A stretch of 64,000 nt of DNA, taken from positions 831,456-895,455 of the forward strand of contig OZ220686.1 in assembly GCA_965116435.1 (NCBI GenBank), read 5' to 3'. This DNA comes from Rhodothermales bacterium. Its GTDB lineage: Bacteria > Bacteroidota > Rhodothermia > Rhodothermales > VXPQ01. A program made the position numbers and the translations under genes. A model generated the notes under the pieces. The model worked only from the letters and a program-made list of their open reading frames with translations. It was not told where the DNA came from and did no database searches. Of this stretch, positions 10,136-18,734 are shown one piece after another; the first letter of the stretch is position 1; every line of letters starts with the position of its first letter.

Positions 10136-12964
10136 CTAAAATCGGACTTCAAGGCCCAGTTGCACTCTTCTCGGCTCGCGGTAGTGTTCGGGCCGCACGA
10201 ACCATCCGGGATCGAACTGCCCGGTGCGCAACTGATCCAGCGTGACGTCCGGCTCGCCCGTATCGGGGAACACCGTGGCCACGTTGCGTGCGTCCAGCAG
10301 GTTGAACACTTCCAGAAAAACGCGCGGACGAACCGGCCCCGCCTGGAATTCCTTGTACAGGTTCAGGTCCACCTCGAAGGTGTTGTAGGCCCGCCGCGAA
10401 TTGGAGGGGAATTCGGGCTGTACGTCGTTGCCGGTGAGCGCGGCGGAAGCAAACGTGGGCGTGTACGGGAATCCCGATTCGAACCGAAACCGGATCGACC
10501 CGCCGTACGTGTCGGCGCCTGCGTAGAAAGCACCCGCCAGTTTGTGCCGCTGATCCCAGTTCAGAGGCAAGAGCGCGAGGGTGGGCTGGCTGTTGTTGAG
10601 CAAGGAGAAAAATTCGTCCGCAGGATTCGAATTGGAGCCTTCCACCACCTGATAGGTGTAGCTCACGTCCAGGCCGTACCGGTTTTCGAACGCGCGAGAC
10701 AGGTGTACGGTCAGCCCGCGCGTGTTCGCGTAATCGCGGTTCGTGTAGATGACGTAGTTCACGCCGGGGAGCGCGGCGATAATGGGCTGCGAGGTGGAGA
10801 CCCAGTTGCGCACGTCCCGGTAATATCCGGTCACGTCGGCGACCAGGCCGCCGAAGCCCTGCCGCAAGCCGATCTCGTACATGGTGGTTTTCTGCGCGTC
10901 GAGGTCCGGATTGCCGAAGGGGCCGTACGAACCGGAAAGCGCCGGCATCTTGAAGCCGAAATTCTCGAACAGCCTGTTCTGGGTGGGAATCTGGAAGAAA
11001 ATGCCGTAGGAAAAATGGATCACGCCCTGTTCCGTAATGGGCCAGGCGGCGCCGAGCCGGGGCGATATCTGCAATTTGGGCGAACTGTCCTCCCACCAGT
11101 ACGGCTCCCGATCCGCGATGGTCAGCGCATTTTCGGGTGTTTCTTCCTCCGGCTGGATCACCCCGTCTCCGTTTGCATCCCGGAAACGGTTCGTCAGCTT
11201 GAGCGGGTTGAAAATATTGGGGTCCGAGGGGTCCGCCGGAACCTCGGCGCGGGCGTCGAAATAATCCACCCGAACGCCGGCGTTCACAATGAAGTCGTCG
11301 AACTCCATCTTGTCCTGGACATAGCCGCTGATCGTGCGCGGGGAAAGGCCGGTGAAGCTACTGTAGGCCACGCTGGTTTCCGAGGGAACGGCGGGGCGGA
11401 ACGGCTCGAACCGCTGCCCCGTCTCGTCGATCGCCGGAATCAGGTTGAAGGCGGTGAGCCCGATGTCGTCGATGCGGAGTTGGAAGCCGGTCTTGATCAA
11501 ATGGTGATCGGTAATCTGGCTGGACAAGTCACCCTTGACGAAATACGAGCGGGACGTACGGTTGAAATGGGACAGGTTGGTCCCCCCGCGCGCATACCGC
11601 TGCCCGCCGCTCAGCACCTCGATGTACTGCCCCGGCAGATACTCGACAGAATCCCGCGCCATGAGATCGAAGTCGTTGTACCGGGCATCGAAGGGGTCCT
11701 CGTACGCGTAGCCCTTCGCCTCGCGGTTGAACACGCCCGCATGGAGCGTATAGAAGGTGCGGTGGCTGATGAGGTGGGTAAGTTTCAGCTTGGCGTCGTA
11801 GCCATCGTCGAAATTTCGGGAACGTCCGTCGGGCGCCCAGCGGCGGAACAGGTTGTACGGGCGTCCGCTGGAAAACGAGCCAAGGCCAATGACGTTCAGA
11901 ATCAGTTTGCGGCTCAGGCGAATCTTGAGGTTCCCCTGCCAGCTGGTCTTTTCGAAATTGTTCATGGGCACGAGGGACGAATCTCCCGCCGCGCCGTCGA
12001 TCCCGAACAGGCGGGCGCCGTACAGCCAGCCGTCGTTCTCGAAATAGCGCCCAAGGGCGAAAAAGGTGATGCGGTCCTTCCAGACAGGGCCTTCGAGCGA
12101 TACGGTGGCGTTGCGGAAATGCGTGGGCTCAAACGGCAGGTAGGAATACGGATCAACGTCGCGGTACTGAATGCCCGCCTCGGTGTACTCCTCGGCGCGG
12201 ACGCCCCGCAACACATCGCCGCCGCCCTCGCCGAACACGGCATAGCCCCCGGAATACACTTGCGCCGATCCGGCGAAGCGGTCGCTGCGCCCTTCCTTCG
12301 TAACCACATTCACCACCCCCGACATGGCGTTCCCGTATTCTGCGTTGAACGTGCCGGAAATAACCTGCAACTCCTCGATGCCGTCGTTTTCGAGCTGGAT
12401 CACGGAGGAGCCGTCGTAGCTATCGGACACGGGTACGCCGTCCACCATGAACACGACCTCGCTGCTGCGGCCTCCGCGGATGTGAATGCCGTTCCGCGTG
12501 GTGACGCCCGCCTGCACGTCGAGCACCTGGGAAAGCTCGGTGACGGGCAGTTTGTCGATGGTTTCCGCCGTGACGCGGGCCTCGGAGCTGGTGAGGTCCT
12601 TGCGGACGGCTTCGGCCTCGGCGGTCACCACGATCTCTTCCCCCTCGATAACCTCTTCCGACATGGCGAAATCGACGGTGGTGGTCAGGTCCACGTTCAC
12701 CTGCACGCCTTCGCGGCGGTGCCGGGAAAATCCGATAAAGGACGCCACCACGTCGTAGACGCCGGGGCGCACGCCAATGATGACGTATTCGCCGTCGATA
12801 TCGGTGACGGCGCCTTGCGTCGTGCCCTCGATCGCCACATTGACGGCGGGCAACGGCGCGCCGGTCGCGGAATCCGTTACCTCGCCAACGATCTTGCCGG
12901 TCTGCGCGGCGGCGGGGGCCGCGGCGAGCAGGCACAGCAGGACCGGAGTCAAACGGCGAAACAT
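10136..12964 (-). CDS. TonB-dependent receptor with N-terminal carboxypeptidase-regulatory-like domain
   Basis: Start moved to the ATG at 12964 (signal MFRRLTPVLLCLLAAAPAAAQ). GKIVGEVTDSATGAPLPAVNVAIEGTTQGAVTDIDGEYVI is a CarboxypepD_reg domain. A plug region follows, then a long beta-barrel ending ...RRVQLGLEVRF. Confidence 0.85.
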   Translation of the reverse strand: MFRRLTPVLLCLLAAAPAAAQTGKIVGEVTDSATGAPLPAVNVAIEGTTQGAVTDIDGEYVIIGVRPGVYDVVASFIGFSRHRREGVQVNVDLTTTVDFAMSEEVIEGEEIVVTAEAEAVRKDLTSSEARVTAETIDKLPVTELSQVLDVQAGVTTRNGIHIRGGRSSEVVFMVDGVPVSDSYDGSSVIQLENDGIEELQVISGTFNAEYGNAMSGVVNVVTKEGRSDRFAGSAQVYSGGYAVFGEGGGDVLRGVRAEEYTEAGIQYRDVDPYSYLPFEPTHFRNATVSLEGPVWKDRITFFALGRYFENDGWLYGARLFGIDGAAGDSSLVPMNNFEKTSWQGNLKIRLSRKLILNVIGLGSFSSGRPYNLFRRWAPDGRSRNFDDGYDAKLKLTHLISHRTFYTLHAGVFNREAKGYAYEDPFDARYNDFDLMARDSVEYLPGQYIEVLSGGQRYARGGTNLSHFNRTSRSYFVKGDLSSQITDHHLIKTGFQLRIDDIGLTAFNLIPAIDETGQRFEPFRPAVPSETSVAYSSFTGLSPRTISGYVQDKMEFDDFIVNAGVRVDYFDARAEVPADPSDPNIFNPLKLTNRFRDANGDGVIQPEEETPENALTIADREPYWWEDSSPKLQISPRLGAAWPITEQGVIHFSYGIFFQIPTQNRLFENFGFKMPALSGSYGPFGNPDLDAQKTTMYEIGLRQGFGGLVADVTGYYRDVRNWVSTSQPIIAALPGVNYVIYTNRDYANTRGLTVHLSRAFENRYGLDVSYTYQVVEGSNSNPADEFFSLLNNSQPTLALLPLNWDQRHKLAGAFYAGADTYGGSIRFRFESGFPYTPTFASAALTGNDVQPEFPSNSRRAYNTFEVDLNLYKEFQAGPVRPRVFLEVFNLLDARNVATVFPDTGEPDVTLDQLRTGQFDPGWFVRPEHYREPRRVQLGLEVRF

Positions 12965-13030
12965 GATCGACAAGACGACGGGCACAGGCAAGGCGGGCGA
13001 AAAACGAACAAGCGCGGCGCGGAGCGGGCG

Positions 13031-13091
13031 GGGCAAACGTGCGGGGCAAACATACCGGGATAAGATAACAATGCAGGATCAACAATGCAGG
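13031..13091. promoter_or_regulatory. Paired short direct repeats upstream of the TonB-dependent receptor gene
   Basis: GGGGCAAAC x2 (12-bp period) and AACAATGCAGG x2 (13067-13077, 13081-13091; 14-bp period), about 100-130 bp upstream of the 12964 start. An adjacent 8-bp-stem hairpin CGTTTCGG/CCGAAACG (about 13095-13116) lies downstream of the PPIase gene. Confidence 0.3.
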
Positions 13092-13152
13092 CCGCGTTTC
13101 GGATGCGCCGAAACGACGCTATGCGAGCATGCCGGGCGCGGTGCGGGCGGGA

Positions 13153-14553
13153 TCAGGGGGCAGGACCCGAAATGCGCAGGCCGGAGACCTTTTCGGGATA
13201 TATTTTCACGGCGTACCGCGCCCGCAAATCGGCTGCATGCGCGCGGAGGGCCTCGTCCGTCATGCGCTCGCGGAGGCGGGCCTGCACCTGCGACGGAGGC
13301 GTCCCGGGTTCGTCGTGCGTTTCGTACCAGGCACGGATGGAATCTTCCGGCACGGCCACGGTGCGGGCGAGCCGGTTCCAGGCCTGCTCGAAGGCCCAGT
13401 CCTCCAGGGCGCGGTCCAGGGCGCGGGCGAACTCGGGCGTGCGATCCACGCGAGCAAGGCGGGCGGATTCCAGCAACATCTCCTGTACAATCAGCCCGTC
13501 GATGAAGCGGCGCAGCGTCTCGGCGTCGCGGACCCGACCGCGCTGCCGGGGGTCGGTACCGCGGGCCCGCTCCCGGAATTCGGCCACGGTCCAGGTCCGG
13601 CGAGCGCGAGGCGGGCCAAACGTCACCAGGGGTTCGTGGAGCCAGGACGCTGTTTCGAGGTCCGGCGCGGGCGTTTCGATGGCCTCCGGGCGATCCGCCT
13701 CGCCTGCGATCTGGGCCAACAGACGATCAAACGCCGGCGCATGGTGCGACAAGGCGGCGGCTTCGCGCAAGCGGGCAGACAGGGCGGTGCGGGCGCGGCG
13801 GCGTTTGCGATCCAGCACGTACCATTCCATCTTGTTCTTTTGCGAGGCGAATTCGGTCTCGGTGAGCAAGGGTTTCGTAAAGCGCTCTTCGACCTGCACG
13901 ATGGAGTAGCCCTGCGCGGTGCGGACCGGCGGACTGAAAGCGCCCGGCGGCAGGGTGAAGGCAACGTCCTCGAAGGCCGGGTCCATTTCGTCGAAACCGA
14001 AGGAACCGAGGAGCCCGCCGTTGCGGGCCAGGGCGGTGTCGGCGAACACTTCCCGGGCCAGGTCCTCGAACGAGGCGCCCCGGCGAAGTCGTTCATACAG
14101 CGTATCGGCGGCGGCCCGGTCCGGCGCATACAAGTGGCGGGCCGTGACAGTCGTGTTCGCCCGGACGAACATATCTGCAAGGTCCTCCTCCGAAACCGCC
14201 ATGGTGTCGTACACGGCGCGGTGCATGTAGGCGTCTACGAGGAGCTTGCGGCGCAGGCGTTCCTCTGTGAACCGGTAGGCAGGCTCCTCCGTGAGGCCGC
14301 TGTCGAGCGCCTCGCGGGCCATAAGCTTCCGGGTAATCAGTTGCTCGAGGTAGGCGGCGCGGTGGGTTGCTTCGTCCGGCAAGCCCGTGGACAGCAGAAA
14401 ATCCACGTAGCGGGTCCGGTATTCCTCCGCGGCGACCGGCTTGCCCGCCACGACGGCGACTGGGTCGGGGGCGGGCGGGTCGGGAGCGGGCGTCCTGCCG
14501 CAGGAGGGTAACAGGATGGCCGTCAGACACCATATATATAGGCGGCGGGGCAT
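13153..14553 (-). CDS. Parvulin-type peptidyl-prolyl cis-trans isomerase (SurA/PpiC-like lipoprotein)
   Basis: Start moved to the ATG at 14553 (MPRRLYIWCLTAILLPSCG lipobox). Parvulin domain: ARHLYAP...GGLLGSFGFDEMDPAFEDVAFTLPPGAFSPPVRTAQGYSIVQVEER. The upstream part of the 693-aa ORF runs through tandem repeats and AT-rich DNA and is not credible coding sequence. Confidence 0.8.
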   Translation of the reverse strand: MPRRLYIWCLTAILLPSCGRTPAPDPPAPDPVAVVAGKPVAAEEYRTRYVDFLLSTGLPDEATHRAAYLEQLITRKLMAREALDSGLTEEPAYRFTEERLRRKLLVDAYMHRAVYDTMAVSEEDLADMFVRANTTVTARHLYAPDRAAADTLYERLRRGASFEDLAREVFADTALARNGGLLGSFGFDEMDPAFEDVAFTLPPGAFSPPVRTAQGYSIVQVEERFTKPLLTETEFASQKNKMEWYVLDRKRRRARTALSARLREAAALSHHAPAFDRLLAQIAGEADRPEAIETPAPDLETASWLHEPLVTFGPPRARRTWTVAEFRERARGTDPRQRGRVRDAETLRRFIDGLIVQEMLLESARLARVDRTPEFARALDRALEDWAFEQAWNRLARTVAVPEDSIRAWYETHDEPGTPPSQVQARLRERMTDEALRAHAADLRARYAVKIYPEKVSGLRISGPAP

Positions 14554-14605
14554 GAATGCGTCAATGAGGGAGCGGCCTGGGCGGCGGGGGTTGAATCCAA
14601 CCGGG

Positions 14606-14870
14606 TTGCGCCCTGTGGTGAGTGCGGGGGTTGGGGGTTGCGCCATGCGGTGAGCGCGGCGGCTGGAGCATCGCGCCCTGTGGCGAGCGCAGGAGTCGGG
14701 GCATCGCGCCCTGTGGCGAGCGCAGGAGTCGGGCATCGCGCCCTGTGGCGAGCGCAGGAGCTGGGGCATCGCGCCCTGTGGCGAGTGCGGGGGCTGGGGC
14801 ATCGCGCCCTGTGGCGAGCGCGGGGGTCGGGGCTTGCGCCCTGTGGTGAGTGCGGGGGTTGGGGGTTGCG
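14606..14870. repeat. GC-rich tandem array, about 8 units of 32-33 bp
   Basis: Unit GCATCGCGCCCTGTGGCGAGCGCAGGAGTCGGG starts at 14668, 14701, 14733, 14766 and 14799, with degenerate outer units. The array is bracketed by an identical 37-mer, TTGCGCCCTGTGGTGAGTGCGGGGGTTGGGGGTTGCG, at 14606-14642 and 14834-14870. There are no unique spacers. Confidence 0.9.
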
Positions 14871-14875
14871 AAAAA

Positions 14876-15067
14876 GTAAAGGGATATACGCATTGGTAAA
14901 GAAATTTATGGGCGGTAAGAAAAATTTCGAATAGTAAGAAATAATTGAGTTTGTAGGAAAAATATTTGTTTGTAAAGATAAATGCATAAAAGTAGGAAAT
15001 ATATGTGATTGTAAGATATTTGCGTGAAAGTAAAGGGCGGGCGGGATTGTAAGGAAGCGATGCAATG
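14876..15067. repeat. AT-rich periodic array, 10 x GTA(A/G)(A/G) motif at 19-20-bp spacing
   Basis: GTAAA/GTAAG/GTAGG occurs at 14876, 14896, 14915, 14934, 14953, 14972, 14992, 15011, 15030 and 15049. The sequence between motifs is degenerate and A/T-rich, a sharp contrast with the flanking ~65% GC. Confidence 0.85.
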
Positions 15068-15287
15068 TGCCGGGTTGTATCTTGCATGGGAACGCCTGGA
15101 GGCGAAAATATACGAGAATGCATGGCGAAAAGCGGAATGCAATGTCCGAAGCAGCATGGCAGGCCACCCTCGCGCCGCGCAATGAGGAATGACACAGCCA
15201 GCGCGCCCCTTGTGCCTCCCGCAGGGTGCTTCACGACCCCAACGGCGCAAAATGCCGTGTTTTCCGATGATTTTCACGATGGAATCA

Positions 15288-15350
15288 TTGCAAACTGTAC
15301 TCGCGTACGTGAAACGCTGACCGAAGTGGGTTTGATCAGTGCATCCTTTA
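15288..15350 (+). repeat. Dispersed hairpin repeat, copy 1
   Basis: TTGCAAACTGTACTCGCGTACGTGAAACGCTGACCGAAGTGGGTTTGATCAGTGCATCCT is about 85% identical to 29958-30020. It ends 25 bp upstream of the amylase ATG. Confidence 0.75.
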
Positions 15351-15375
15351 GCCCCGAATAAACCATCCAGAACGC

Positions 15376-17532
15376 ATGAAACGCCCCGCTCTGCCTTGCC
15401 CCGCCCCGCCTTGCCGCGCTATGCCATCCCGCCCCTGGACCGTCTTGCTGGCGGTATGGTTATGGCTCCCCCTCGCCGGACTGCCCTGTCAGGCGCAAAC
15501 GGCCAACCCCGGGGGACACGGCGCGGACGAATCCTTGGCGACGTCTGACGGCCTGATCGGCATGTCCGAATCCATGACGACGTCCGACGGCCTGACCCGC
15601 ATGCCCGAATCCATGGCGACGTCTGACGACCTGATCGGCATGCCCGAATCCATGCCGATGTCCGACGGCCTGACCCACGTGCCCGAATCCGTGGCGATGT
15701 CCGACGACCTGATCCGCGCGCACGAATCCATGGCGACATCCGACGACCTGACCCGTGTGCCTGAATGGAGCCGCGAAGCAATCTGGTATCAGATTTTCGT
15801 GGAGCGATTCCGCAACGGCGACGCTTCCAACGATCCCGTGTTCGAGAACACCGAAGGGGCATACCCCAACCGACCCTTCGAGGGATGGGCCCCTACCCCC
15901 TGGACGCACGACTGGTATCGACAGGAAGACTGGGCCGCCGCGTCCGGCGAGGAATTCTACCGGACCGTGCAGGCCAGACGATACGGGGGCGACCTGCAAG
16001 GCGTACTGGACCAGCTCGATTACCTCGAAGCGCTGGGCGTGACGGCGCTGTACTTCAATCCGATCAACGACGCCCCGTCGCTGCACAAGTACGACGCCCG
16101 GACCTACCGGCATATCGACCGCCACTTCGGACCGGACCCCGCCGGAGACGCAGAGATCATGGCGGCGGAAAATCCGGCGAACCCCGATACCTGGCAATGG
16201 ACCGCGGCGGACCGGCTTTTCCTGGACCTCGTCGCCGCCGTGCACGAGCGCGGCATGCGCATCATCCTCGACTATTCATGGAATCATACGGGGATTACGT
16301 TCTGGGCATGGCAAGATATTCTGGAAAATCAGGCCGACTCGCCCTATGCGGACTGGTATGAAATCGTGCGGTTCGACGACCCGGCCACCGGGGAAAACGA
16401 ATTCGAATACGAAGGCTGGGCAGGCGTTTCCACGCTCCCCAACCTGAAAAAAGTCGAGGTGGAGACCAAAGGGCTGGAGGGCGGAAACCTGCATCCCGCC
16501 GTGAAACAGCATGTATATCATGTGACGCGGCGCTGGATGGACCCCAACGGGGACGGCGACCCGAGCGACGGCATAGACGGCTTTCGGCTCGATGTGGCGG
16601 AACAGGTGCCCAAAGGATTCTGGCGCGAGTACCGGGCCTTCGTGCGCGACCTCAACCCGGAGGCGTACCTCGTGGGCGAAGTATGGTGGGAAAGCTGGCC
16701 GGACCACATGGCCGATCCGGTGCCCTGGGTGCAGGGCGACGTGTTCGATGCGGTGATGAATTACCGATGGTATATGCCCACCCGGAGCTTTTTCGCGCAG
16801 GCGCCGCCCCGCCTTACGGCCACCGGCTATATCGCGCACCTCGATTCTGTGGAGCGCGGGATCGACCGGGCGCATCTCGAAGCCATGATGAACCTCGGGG
16901 CCAGCCACGATTCCCCGCGCCTGGGCACCTCGCTCTACAACCGCCAGACCAAATACAAATACCAGGCGCACCCCCGGGGCAACCCCGAGTACAAGATCGA
17001 CCGGCCGGACGAACGGACGGAGGCTGTGCGGCGTCTGGTGCTGATCCAGCAGTTTACGTACTACGGCGCGCCGCATATCTGGAACGGCGACGAGGTGGGC
17101 ATGTGGGGCGCGGACGATCCCGACTGCCGCAAACCGCTCGTGTGGGAGGATCTTTCGTACGAAGACGAACACGCTATGCCCCATGCGGCGGCGAGGCGTG
17201 CGAACCCGGTGGCGCCGGACCTGGACTTGTATGCATTCATCCAGAACCTGGCGCGCATCCGTACGGCGCACACGGACCTGTTTGTGCGCGGGACCCTCGA
17301 CTATGTGCTGGCCGACGACGACCGGCGGCTGCTGGCGTATATCCGGGCGCTGGAGGACGAAACGGCGCTCGTGGCGTTCAATGCCTCCGACGAAACGCAT
17401 ACGGCGGTCCTTCCGGTCGAAGGCGCTTTTCGGAATGCGCTGGCGCCGGAAACCCCGGCCCTGCAGTCGGAGCAAGGGCGCCTCACCCTGAAACTCGCTC
17501 CGCTCACGGCCATGATTCTGGTTCGGGAATAA
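15376..17532 (+). CDS. GH13 alpha-amylase-family glycosidase (cyclomaltodextrinase/neopullulanase-like) with repeat-bearing N-terminus
   Basis: GH13 conserved regions are present: GVTALYFNPI, RIILDYSWNHTG, DGFRLDVAEQV, YLVGEVWW, LGASHDSPR. An alternative start at 15421 gives MPSRPWTVLLAVWLWLPLAGLPCQA. Confidence 0.85.
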   Translation: MKRPALPCPAPPCRAMPSRPWTVLLAVWLWLPLAGLPCQAQTANPGGHGADESLATSDGLIGMSESMTTSDGLTRMPESMATSDDLIGMPESMPMSDGLTHVPESVAMSDDLIRAHESMATSDDLTRVPEWSREAIWYQIFVERFRNGDASNDPVFENTEGAYPNRPFEGWAPTPWTHDWYRQEDWAAASGEEFYRTVQARRYGGDLQGVLDQLDYLEALGVTALYFNPINDAPSLHKYDARTYRHIDRHFGPDPAGDAEIMAAENPANPDTWQWTAADRLFLDLVAAVHERGMRIILDYSWNHTGITFWAWQDILENQADSPYADWYEIVRFDDPATGENEFEYEGWAGVSTLPNLKKVEVETKGLEGGNLHPAVKQHVYHVTRRWMDPNGDGDPSDGIDGFRLDVAEQVPKGFWREYRAFVRDLNPEAYLVGEVWWESWPDHMADPVPWVQGDVFDAVMNYRWYMPTRSFFAQAPPRLTATGYIAHLDSVERGIDRAHLEAMMNLGASHDSPRLGTSLYNRQTKYKYQAHPRGNPEYKIDRPDERTEAVRRLVLIQQFTYYGAPHIWNGDEVGMWGADDPDCRKPLVWEDLSYEDEHAMPHAAARRANPVAPDLDLYAFIQNLARIRTAHTDLFVRGTLDYVLADDDRRLLAYIRALEDETALVAFNASDETHTAVLPVEGAFRNALAPETPALQSEQGRLTLKLAPLTAMILVRE
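15529..15762 (+). repeat. In-frame 39-bp x 6 tandem repeat (13-aa unit ESMATSDDLIGMP) inside the amylase N-terminus
   Basis: Six consecutive GAATCC(A/G/T)TG...units of exactly 39 bp sit between the signal peptide and the catalytic domain. Confidence 0.9.
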
Positions 17533-17724
17533 GGCATGGGCGTTATTAAGGTTGCGGCTTGGGTCTGGAACACATAAATATATGTAGTACAAGAAATTAA
17601 AACAAGAACGTCAAGGGAGGATATAAAAAATTTGGGGGTTGGGAACTTTATATAGGTGCAAACCTTACAAAATGCAACTTTGTTGCCTTAAGCTGGTTGA
17701 CTTGGGGCTTCACGGAATCACAAA

Positions 17725-17866
17725 GGTTATTATAAAGCATGCTTGACATTCTCGTTTTTTCGTCGTATACTGGAGGGAAACAGAAGAGAAAAACAACCCC
17801 CAGACCGATGAAAGCCTCCGGAAACCCAAGAAACTAAAGGTCGTCAAGCATTCTTTATAATAATCA
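17725..17866. repeat. MITE-like element copy 1 (about 142 bp, 21-bp terminal inverted repeats)
   Basis: TTATTATAAAGCATGCTTGAC (17727-17747) pairs with GTCAAGCATTCTTTATAATAA (17843-17863) at 20/21. About 90% identical to 18735-18874, in the same orientation. Confidence 0.8.
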
Positions 17867-17887
17867 CAAACAAGTACAACAAGTACC

Positions 17888-18730
17888 ATGAACACAGAAA
17901 AAAATAAAATTACTGTAGATGCAGAAAAGAAAACTATAATGGGGATTGCGATTGGTGCAGGCACGATCTCGTTATTCCTATATTTTTTTGATGCTGTTCC
18001 TATAATGATCACAGCCTTTCTTAGTTTGATGCTGACAAGCCTATTATATGCTTTTTTGGGAGGCATCAAAGATGCCGAACTGAAATGGAAGATGGGAAAA
18101 ATAGGTGGTTCATTAGCGGGTATGGCCATTTTGGGAATTTTTATCAATCCCGAACTGGAAAAATACAATCCACCAATTAGCCCAATTGCCCCCAACCCTA
18201 ATTCATGGATAGCCGTAGACAGTAGTGGATCATTTATTTCTGTTACCATCGGGAAAGAAACGTACTCGAAAAATGTTACAGAATTTTTAAGGAATGCAGA
18301 ATGGGGTGTTGAAATAGATTCAACGTTGATCTGGATTACGCAAGGAAATCGACATTTGGCACAACTTGATCCTATGGCGATCAAGCAAGTTGGCTTTTTT
18401 GACTCTATAAAAATGAGTCCTGGGAAGGGCATACAATATACTGAACAGCTGACGGTTGGAGCGGAAGCAAATCTAACACCCACTTACCCTTTTACTATTC
18501 GTGCCACACAATTCAAAGATGAATATAACGAATTTCAGATTTTGAACGAAAATAATGAAATTATTCTCGAGCGCGGATTGCTTCGAACAAAGAATTTCCG
18601 GGCATTTGAATATGACGAAAAACACTATCTTATTTTTGTCGTACGGGCAAACCACATTGACACCGAACGTGGGCCGTGGTCTGTTTTCGGACTAACACAG
18701 ATTACTCGTACATTGAGCATAGCTCAATGA
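17888..18730 (+). CDS. Hypothetical 3-TM membrane protein with a soluble C-terminal domain of about 170 aa
   Basis: 280-aa low-GC ORF. It has hydrophobic helices IMGIAIGAGTISLFLYFF, IMITAFLSLMLTSLLYAFLGG and IGGSLAGMAILGIFI. The overlapping antisense ORF 17710-18483 runs into the repeat and was rejected. I recognise no family. Confidence 0.6.
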   Translation: MNTEKNKITVDAEKKTIMGIAIGAGTISLFLYFFDAVPIMITAFLSLMLTSLLYAFLGGIKDAELKWKMGKIGGSLAGMAILGIFINPELEKYNPPISPIAPNPNSWIAVDSSGSFISVTIGKETYSKNVTEFLRNAEWGVEIDSTLIWITQGNRHLAQLDPMAIKQVGFFDSIKMSPGKGIQYTEQLTVGAEANLTPTYPFTIRATQFKDEYNEFQILNENNEIILERGLLRTKNFRAFEYDEKHYLIFVVRANHIDTERGPWSVFGLTQITRTLSIAQ

Positions 18731-18734
18731 CGCG

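Noticed and set aside
12965-13152. Possible riboswitch (for example cobalamin) upstream of the TonB-dependent receptor
   Set aside because: I could not recognise a B12-box or any other conserved riboswitch core. The region instead shows short direct repeats and one simple hairpin.
14606-14870. The 33-bp tandem array as a CRISPR array
   Set aside because: The units are contiguous with no unique spacers, the unit sequence drifts gradually, and no cas genes or leader are present. It is a minisatellite-type tandem repeat.
14554-15234. N-terminal 227 aa of the 693-aa ORF extending the PPIase gene (and ORFs 14523-15182, 14561-14893, 14622-14849, 14638-14934)
   Set aside because: These frames are read through the tandem repeats and the AT-rich array and give repetitive or implausible peptides. 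A proper lipoprotein signal starts at the internal ATG at 14553.
17710-18483. 257-aa minus-strand ORF opposite the 3-TM protein gene
   Set aside because: It extends into the MITE-like repeat and lacks sensible domain organisation. The plus-strand ORF fits exactly between the two repeats and has coherent TM and soluble segments. The choice still rests on judgement.
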